50,753 nt of DNA from a virus (lineage: Duplodnaviria > Caudoviricetes). Positions 45,203 to 50,753 of this stretch are shown here, in pieces. Where the stretch lies: the IMG/VR virus record IMGVR_UViG_3300049491_000401, positions 1 through 50,753 of that record; one strand, given 5' to 3'. A program made the translations under genes and the position numbers. A model generated the notes under the pieces. That model saw only the letters and a list, made by a program, of their open reading frames with translations. It searched no databases and was not told where the DNA came from. Each line of letters starts with the position of its first letter. Positions within the stretch are counted from its first letter, which is position 1.

Positions 45203-45685
45203 ATGCGCATGGCGGACATTGGCGTCCTGCCGACAAAAACCACGATTCGGCTGACATCATCCACGGGAGACTCCGGGACGATCACGGGAGCCACGCGCGC
45301 CGCTGCCGGCATTATGACCGCAGACCAAGCCGCACGGCTTGACGACCTATGGGGCCGGGCGGAAGGTGATGGCGGGGCCATTCAAATCCTTCCGCCTCTG
45401 GTTCGCCCTGTCGCATCTCTCCCCGTCGATGCCGTGACGCGTGCCGAAATGCGGCAAGCGTTGTCGGCCCTCAAGGGCGACGTGATCAACGACGCCGGCA
45501 AAGTCCTCACGCAAATACGCCAAGAGACGACACCCGGACAGGCTCCGGCCAGTCTCGACAATGCGCGCATCGAGCGTTTGGAGCAGGCTCTGCTCAATGT
45601 GGCGGATCGGGTGTCTCAACTCGAGCAGACCGTGGGGCAGATCGGAGCGGCGATTGAGGACACGCTGAGAGGGCAGGCCGCATGA
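45203..45685 (+). CDS. Hypothetical protein
   Basis: SSTG...AT..AAGIMTA N-terminal motif, C-terminal coiled coil. Confidence 0.7.
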   Translation: MRMADIGVLPTKTTIRLTSSTGDSGTITGATRAAAGIMTADQAARLDDLWGRAEGDGGAIQILPPLVRPVASLPVDAVTRAEMRQALSALKGDVINDAGKVLTQIRQETTPGQAPASLDNARIERLEQALLNVADRVSQLEQTVGQIGAAIEDTLRGQAA

Positions 45686-45719
45686 CGAACCTGATGCACA
45701 TAAGCCAGGGGGTGGAAAG

Positions 45720-46682
45720 ATGAGCTTGATCATCCTCGAATCCGACCTAAAGAAGTTTTCCAAACGCGCCAACCCGGAATACGTCGCGGCCTTGCTAGGC
45801 GGCATGGAGTTGTTGCGAGAGGCAGGCATTCTCGAAAACGAGCAACGCCTCTCGCATTTCATGGGGCAGGTTGGGGCGGAAACTGGTGGTTTCACGGTCA
45901 TTCGCGAGTCGTTGAATTATATGACAGCGAAGCGCTTGCGTGAAGTGTGGCCAGCGCGGTTTCGAAATAAATCCGACATCGAACTGCAACCGCTCCTTAA
46001 GAATCCGATCAAACTCGGAGATGAGGTTTACGGGGGTCGGATGGGAAATTCGCACCCAGGAGACGGCTACACGTTCCGCGGCGGCGGCTTCCTTCAAACG
46101 ACGGGTAGGGCAGCCGTCGTGCAATACTGCAAGGCTTGCGGCGTGCCGTTCCGGCCAGATGTGCTCGACGATATCAGCCTCTCTCTTCGTTTTGCGGTCG
46201 AGGAGTGGACCAAGGCCAAGTGCAACGACTTCGCGGATCAGAATGATCTCATGAAAGTCAGCCGCGCCATCAACGTCGGCAGCGCCTCTAGCAACGTTAT
46301 CCCCGTGGAAATGAAAAGCCGGGAGGAATGGTTCGCCAAGGCGTGGGCTATCTGGGGCTCGAAAGGCAAGGCCGACAAGCCTCCGAAAGAGCCTATCAGC
46401 CCGGCCAAGGTTCTGACGGCAGCGGCAACAACAGCAACCGTCGCCTCTGTGACAGTGCAGCCCGTTGCCGAAGTCGTGAAGCAAGCGGCTCCGGTGGCCA
46501 AGCCTGTTTTGGAAACAGCAGCTACGGCCATCAAGCAAGGCCAGGACGTGCAAGGCCTGATTACTCAAGCCAAGGGGCTGACGACATTCGCGGCCGCAGA
46601 GCCGTTCTGGGTTGCCGCAGCGGCCGGCGGGTTTGGTCTGATCATGGCGTTCGGCTGGATACATAAGAGGCTCCTGTCATGA
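45720..46682 (+). CDS. GH19-family endolysin with a C-terminal membrane segment
   Basis: HFMGQVGAETGGF...ESLNY, GDGYTFRGGGFLQTTGR, SRAIN. Confidence 0.88.
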   Translation: MSLIILESDLKKFSKRANPEYVAALLGGMELLREAGILENEQRLSHFMGQVGAETGGFTVIRESLNYMTAKRLREVWPARFRNKSDIELQPLLKNPIKLGDEVYGGRMGNSHPGDGYTFRGGGFLQTTGRAAVVQYCKACGVPFRPDVLDDISLSLRFAVEEWTKAKCNDFADQNDLMKVSRAINVGSASSNVIPVEMKSREEWFAKAWAIWGSKGKADKPPKEPISPAKVLTAAATTATVASVTVQPVAEVVKQAAPVAKPVLETAATAIKQGQDVQGLITQAKGLTTFAAAEPFWVAAAAGGFGLIMAFGWIHKRLLS

Positions 46683-46897
46683 TCCGGATCTACACAGCCA
46701 TAGCCACATTTTTTGCCATCGGCGTTCTTGCGTTTGGCTTCATGAAACACAGCGAGCACAAGGGCGCACGGAATGCAGTGGCGAAGATCGAGAAGCGGAC
46801 GGAAAAGAAGATCCACAAGGCTGAAACTGCTCAACGCCGGGTCGATCCTAGCGCTTCTGAGCAGCGGCTGCGCAGTCGATACTGCTCAAACTGTTGA
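46679..46897 (+). CDS. i-spanin (Rz-like)
   Basis: N-terminal TM, basic helix, directly after the endolysin. Confidence 0.7.
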   Translation: MIRIYTAIATFFAIGVLAFGFMKHSEHKGARNAVAKIEKRTEKKIHKAETAQRRVDPSASEQRLRSRYCSNC

Positions 46898-47054
46898 GCC
46901 GTCCAAGATCTGCAAACCGTGGAAGCAGATCAATATCCGAACTGCTGACAAACTGACACCCGAAACCGCCGGGGAGATCGAGCAGAACAACGTCGGTAGA
47001 GAGGCATTTGGCTGCCCCTACGAGCCACCGCTCAAGCGCGTGGCGGGGAAGTAG
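46773..47054 (+). CDS. o-spanin (Rz1-like lipoprotein); start uncertain
   Basis: Lipobox LSSGC, overlaps the i-spanin in another frame. Confidence 0.7.
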   Translation: MQWRRSRSGRKRRSTRLKLLNAGSILALLSSGCAVDTAQTVEPSKICKPWKQINIRTADKLTPETAGEIEQNNVGREAFGCPYEPPLKRVAGK

Positions 47055-47147
47055 CGTCTCCGGATGGAATCGAACCACCGACTTCCTGTAGTGATCGGAC
47101 CGAAATCCGATCACGCCAGGACCTCTAACCAGCTGAGGTACGGAGAC
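47055..47147 (-). ncRNA. tRNA-like RNA with the anticodon loop replaced by an extended hairpin
   Basis: Acceptor GTCTCCG/CGGAGAC, D arm CCTC-AGCTGGTTA-GAGG, T arm GGTGG-TTCGATT-CCATC, 36-nt anticodon arm. Confidence 0.88.
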
Positions 47148-47194
47148 TCACGAGATTACAGCCATCGCTGGGACGGGGCTAGTCCGTTTCTTAC

Positions 47195-47413
47195 TTAGTA
47201 GTCGCCGTCTGCCAGCACATGCGCTGCCGATTTCGCTGTGTCGATTTCCACCAGAGTAAAATCGTCCTGGCGTTGGTGGACGCCACACTTCTTCAGTGCC
47301 TCGACCAGCAAGGCTCTCGCCTGCTCCTGAGTCTCCGCAACGATGACGCTAGCGGCCGGGACGGGATAGTGCCGATCATGATCATTGCAAGACCACACAC
47401 GCATCGGCCTCAA
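47195..47413 (-). CDS. Hypothetical protein
   Basis: RBS AAGGAG; ends ADGDY. Confidence 0.7.
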   Translation of the reverse strand: MRPMRVWSCNDHDRHYPVPAASVIVAETQEQARALLVEALKKCGVHQRQDDFTLVEIDTAKSAAHVLADGDY

Positions 47414-47649
47414 TCTCCTTTTCCGCGACTTCGGATCATTGATGCGCCTATCGTGGACGCAGCGAGTATCCCGCGATCATAGTCGGCTACGGGGACGGTT
47501 GTCGCGATCTGATCCATGATCTGGGCGCACGCCTCACGCTCGTCACGGGCGATGGCGCGGAATATGTGCGCCAATCCCGGCCATTGATCAGGCTTTAGGC
47601 CGGCAGATTTGCCAGCAGTTTGAGCCATGACGTCGAATGCATCAAGCAT
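47410..47649 (-). CDS. Hypothetical protein (EREACA motif)
   Basis: DEREACAQI...IRSRG. Confidence 0.7.
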   Translation of the reverse strand: MLDAFDVMAQTAGKSAGLKPDQWPGLAHIFRAIARDEREACAQIMDQIATTVPVADYDRGILAASTIGASMIRSRGKGD

Positions 47650-47656
47650 GGGCCTA

Positions 47657-47959
47657 CTACTTCTTGGTTCGAGCGCGGATGTCAGCGGCTATGCATTCGG
47701 CCGTGATGGCGCAGTCTCTCAATGTCGCGTCGTCCTGCGAACCGCCATAGCTCTTGTCAGCCGCCCGGTCTTTTGCTGCGCTTTCGTCTGCGATCTTGGC
47801 GCAGACTTCTCTCTCTGCCTGAACTTCGCGCGCCGCCCATGCGTGCTTGTCGTCGACGGCAGCCTGCCACAACGACCGCAACTGCTCGATCTCGTTCGCA
47901 GCATCTCGCATTGCCATAATGCTCGGAGATGGCCCGCGCAATCTGTCGATGATGTCCAT
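47657..47959 (-). CDS. Hypothetical protein (DIIDRLR/AANEIEQLR plus EREVCA motifs)
   Basis: Common small phage protein motifs; RBS AAGGA. Confidence 0.75.
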   Translation of the reverse strand: MDIIDRLRGPSPSIMAMRDAANEIEQLRSLWQAAVDDKHAWAAREVQAEREVCAKIADESAAKDRAADKSYGGSQDDATLRDCAITAECIAADIRARTKK

Positions 47960-48154
47960 GGGCCTAGTCCTTGTTAGCGTCGTACTTAGATTTTAGGCGC
48001 TGATAGGTGGCGTACTGCTGGGCCTCTATCTCGCGTTGATGACGCTCATCGTTCAGTCCGGCGATCACGTCATCTCTTGCCGCCGATGTGGCGGGCGTGT
48101 CCTTGCTTGTCGGCGGCACGCAGTTGCAGCATTTATTGTGCATCGCTGTCCCGG

Positions 48155-48367
48155 CTACGCCTCAGCCGGGACAGCGATGCAATCTGCGGACCCGCGTCCC
48201 CAGTATTCGAGCCGGTCGGGGACCAGATCGGGGCGACCGCAGCAAGAACCCATCACCCACTCCCCATCACGGATGTAGATCACCGCGTGAGTGTAGGAAC
48301 GGGTAGCGCTGTGACGAACGAGGACCGAACCGTCTGGAGCGCGGAAGCGAAATGTCTTGCTGGCCAT
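48155..48367 (-). CDS. Hypothetical protein
   Basis: RBS GGAG; R.S.TRSYTHAV. Confidence 0.6.
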   Translation of the reverse strand: MASKTFRFRAPDGSVLVRHSATRSYTHAVIYIRDGEWVMGSCCGRPDLVPDRLEYWGRGSADCIAVPAEA

Positions 48368-48383
48368 CGGGCCTTCTCCGTTT

Positions 48384-48731
48384 CTAACTTGCAACGATCG
48401 GTTTGGCGTGGCGACGCATCATGCGCTCGCTCTCCTCGCGATCCATCTTTTCACCCGGTCGCTTGACCGCATGGAAACCAGCCAACGTGATCACGAAATT
48501 CACGTCTGGTCGGTGTGCGCCGGTCTGGACTTCGATCGCGAGCCCCTTCGCCACCAGCACGCGCCCGATGTCGACGCCATCACCATCGCCCGCAGCGTAG
48601 AAATTGCGATAGCCGATCTTCTGGTTAGTCAACCCGAGCGCGTGCCGGATGAAGTGGCGCTCCTCGCTGGTCAGGTCGTCCTCGCCCACGTCGTGCCGGT
48701 CGTAGCCGCTCTCAAAACTGGTCACGGACAT
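48384..48731 (-). CDS. Hypothetical protein
   Basis: RHALGL...YRNFY...LVAKGLA; RBS AAGGAG. Confidence 0.7.
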   Translation of the reverse strand: MSVTSFESGYDRHDVGEDDLTSEERHFIRHALGLTNQKIGYRNFYAAGDGDGVDIGRVLVAKGLAIEVQTGAHRPDVNFVITLAGFHAVKRPGEKMDREESERMMRRHAKPIVAS

Positions 48732-48736
48732 GGGGG

Positions 48737-48949
48737 TTAATCTCCTTGCTTGGGCCAGTCGGCCGGGCGGTATCCTGACAGGTACGCCTCTACCAATCGA
48801 CGCTGCGGCTCCCTGATGGCTCGCCGACCAGTCATGAGGTCGTGCGCCATCTGATTTCTCTGCTCTCCGAGGTAGCCGAGCATCGAGGCCATCTCGAAAA
48901 GACTGAGCCCGAGACGCTCGCGCGCCCGGGCCAAATCCTTGGGTGTCAT
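48737..48949 (-). CDS. Small XRE-like HTH protein
   Basis: MTPKDLARARERLGLSLFEMASMLG. Confidence 0.75.
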   Translation of the reverse strand: MTPKDLARARERLGLSLFEMASMLGYLGEQRNQMAHDLMTGRRAIREPQRRLVEAYLSGYRPADWPKQGD

Positions 48950-49194
48950 TTCTTAACCGCAGCCACGAGTTCTGCGGTCGTCGCGCCCTCAAACCAAGCG
49001 TTGTTCAGGAGATCGCTATAGGATTTTTCGGCCTGCTCCCGGTTGCGGTCGGACACGTCCGCGAGCAGCAGTTCGAGAGCGGCATTGAGTTCGCGGCGGG
49101 CAGCGGTGTCGAACGTAGAGTTGTCTGTCGTAAACATGGTCATGTCCTCGTTGGGTTGGCTCATTGCCTCAGTGACAATCATAAAATAGCACAT
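48946..49194 (-). CDS. Small acidic protein; true start probably at 49143 or nearby
   Basis: GAGG upstream of ATG 49143; coupled to the HTH gene. Confidence 0.6.
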   Translation of the reverse strand: MCYFMIVTEAMSQPNEDMTMFTTDNSTFDTAARRELNAALELLLADVSDRNREQAEKSYSDLLNNAWFEGATTAELVAAVKK

Positions 49195-49210
49195 CCAGTC
49201 GATATGTCAA
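49183..49210 (-). promoter_or_regulatory. Leftward sigma70-type promoter
   Basis: TTGACA-16 nt-TATTTT in an AT-rich gap. Confidence 0.55.
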
Positions 49211-49224
49211 GTGCCATAGTGAAA

Positions 49225-50055
49225 TTATTTTCTCCGTTTGCGCCCATCAGCCGGTTTCAGATCGTAGCGTTTGCATATTTTTGCCACCTGCCTGTCGGAC
49301 AGATCAATTTTCCGCGCGATGTCTACCACTGATAGCCCCTGCTGCACGAACGGGGAGATTTGCTCTCGGCGCCGTTCCGGTGTCCAAATATCCGAATGCG
49401 CGACAATGCCGCGTCGCCTGATTACGCGCGACACCAGTGCGCGTGATACGCCCAGTTCCTCCGCCACAAGCGAGGGAGTCATGCCGGTTGCCAGTGCGGC
49501 TGCAATAGCATCCTGGTTCAGACTGCCGGACACCTGCGACCGCCCCTTGTTAGCCTGCCCCCATGTCCACTGTTGACGGCGGAACAGCCGAGCGATTGTT
49601 GATTGATGGACGCCGATCAATGTTGCCGCCTGCGCCATTGTAGATCCGCGCCTATGTTCGGCTATAATTATTGCGACCACGCGCACGTCTAAACCAAGAT
49701 CGCGACGAGGAGAGGGGAGGCTGTAGCTCGCTCTGTGCCGCGCTACAGTGCTCGGATATCTGACCCCGATTGCCTCCGCGATCTCTCGATCTGACCGCCC
49801 CTCATGCGTCAGTTTCGCAATAATACTTCGTTTTTCGGCCGATAGCCGCACGTCGTGGCGGGCACCTTTGACGCCAACAATGTCGTGACGAATTCGCATC
49901 ATCACCACTATATCCTCGGACACGCCCAACTCGTCCGCTATTTGACGACCAGGCATTCCTGCGGCAACGCACTCGCGCACAAACTCAACCCGAGCGACTG
50001 CGTCGAGATTAGGCCATAACGATCGTACGGCCTCCATCTCTGGATGGTCATCCAC
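49225..50055 (-). CDS. Protein of five tandem HTH modules
   Basis: QIADELGVS, EIAEAIGV, AATLIGVHQSTI, VAEELGVSRALV, DIARKIDLSDRQV. Confidence 0.8.
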   Translation of the reverse strand: MDDHPEMEAVRSLWPNLDAVARVEFVRECVAAGMPGRQIADELGVSEDIVVMMRIRHDIVGVKGARHDVRLSAEKRSIIAKLTHEGRSDREIAEAIGVRYPSTVARHRASYSLPSPRRDLGLDVRVVAIIIAEHRRGSTMAQAATLIGVHQSTIARLFRRQQWTWGQANKGRSQVSGSLNQDAIAAALATGMTPSLVAEELGVSRALVSRVIRRRGIVAHSDIWTPERRREQISPFVQQGLSVVDIARKIDLSDRQVAKICKRYDLKPADGRKRRK

Positions 50056-50097
50056 AGCGGGCGTTCCTCTCTTAGGCGGCCTTGGTCGTCAGCTTGC

Positions 50098-50319
50098 TCA
50101 CGACGAGACCAACGTTTGCCGTGAGCACGTTGAAATTCGAGCCTTCGAATTCCGCCCACGAGACGATGCGTTCGAGTAGTCGCGGCCGGCCATGCGGCCG
50201 ACTACTCGAACGCTGTCGGCATGGATGCGGAGAAATATCGACAGATCAGGATGCCGCCGCATCGCTTCGTCGGCGACATCGGCGGCCTCTTTCATCGCTT
50301 GGATTGTCAAGTTCGCCAT
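50098..50319 (-). CDS. Hypothetical protein
   Basis: RBS AGGAG. Confidence 0.5.
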   Translation of the reverse strand: MANLTIQAMKEAADVADEAMRRHPDLSIFLRIHADSVRVVGRMAGRDYSNASSRGRNSKARISTCSRQTLVSS

Positions 50320-50413
50320 TGGGGCGTCTCCTGCGTTCTGGCGGGCCTCGGGACCGTCCCGCTAACCTCACCTGTGCATCGTGGTTGACAAATCGCACAC
50401 GGCGCTTGCTTAG

Positions 50414-50445
50414 TCAAGAAGAAACATGTACATATTCCTCCTTGA
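50414..50445. promoter_or_regulatory. 32-bp imperfect palindrome, candidate resolvase binding/crossover site
   Basis: TCAAGAAGAAACATGT|ACATATTCCTCCTTGA, 13 of 16 positions symmetric, 8 nt before the resolvase ATG. Confidence 0.65.
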
Positions 50446-50453
50446 GATAGCCA

Positions 50454-50753
50454 ATGCGGAAACCCAAGAAGTTGCCTCCGGAACACCCATATCCGACACA
50501 TCAGATAGGCTACGCGAGGGTGAGCACGACAGAACAAGATTTGCGAATGCAGATCGACGCGCTCCATAAAGTCGGTATCGAAGACAAGGATATCTACACC
50601 GACAAGAAGAGCGGCAGGAACAGGAAGCGACCGGGGCTCGAAGCCGCTCTCGAAGCGTGTCGGCCCGGCGACACTCTGACGGTCTGGAAGTTCGATCGAT
50701 TGAGCCGGAACGCGCTCGACATGATCACCATGCTGGAGGAGTGCAAAGTGCGT
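50454..50753 (+). CDS. Small serine recombinase, N-terminal catalytic part (continues across the origin to 472)
   Basis: IGYARVSTTEQDL..Q, SG...RPGL; in frame with the 74-472 ORF. Confidence 0.93.
   Translation, partial: MRKPKKLPPEHPYPTHQIGYARVSTTEQDLRMQIDALHKVGIEDKDIYTDKKSGRNRKRPGLEAALEACRPGDTLTVWKFDRLSRNALDMITMLEECKVR
50627..50753. repeat. Terminal direct repeat, identical to 1-127
   Basis: Exact match. Confidence 0.97.

Noticed and set aside
47085-47120. Ordinary tRNA with an intron, or an attP tRNA fragment
   Set aside because: No bulge-helix-bulge or group I/II features; I found no excision that gives a convincing 5-bp stem with a U33 loop; the whole tRNA body is present and there is no integrase nearby
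50414-50445. Protelomerase (tel) site of a linear phage-plasmid
   Set aside because: The palindrome is imperfect and no protelomerase gene is recognisable

Overview
The window is a complete, circularly permuted dsDNA phage genome of about 50,626 bp; bases 1-127 repeat exactly at 50627-50753, consistent with an assembly overlap. Its morphogenesis genes are podovirus-type (BPP-1/T7-like portal, scaffold, capsid, tail tubular A/B, internal ejection proteins). The host is most likely an alphaproteobacterium (Hyphomicrobiales), inferred from a GcrA homologue, an Omp25/RopB-like beta-barrel and a C-terminally anchored endolysin. Layout: a small serine resolvase spanning the contig ends; a leftward early operon (pentapeptide protein, ERF, HNH); a switch of two divergent paralogous XRE genes; a rightward early/replication operon (gcrA, DUF2303, DUF1376-type initiator, dual-frame C5 methyltransferase, Omp, NusG paralogue); late genes; lysis genes; and a leftward accessory operon. 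I recognised no integrase, partition system, RT or CRISPR array. The most unusual signals are: (1) a tRNA-shaped RNA whose anticodon loop is replaced by a long UUCG-capped hairpin; (2) a roughly 330-nt highly structured non-coding RNA in the left early operon, plus similarly built structured leaders around the switch; (3) a methyltransferase whose motifs are split between two overlapping frames in an unusual partition; (4) a tail adaptor made of two tandem domains; (5) a polyvalent ejection protein with HExxH and ART-like domains. All family assignments come from motif recognition by eye and all RNA structures were paired by hand; no searches or folding programs were run.
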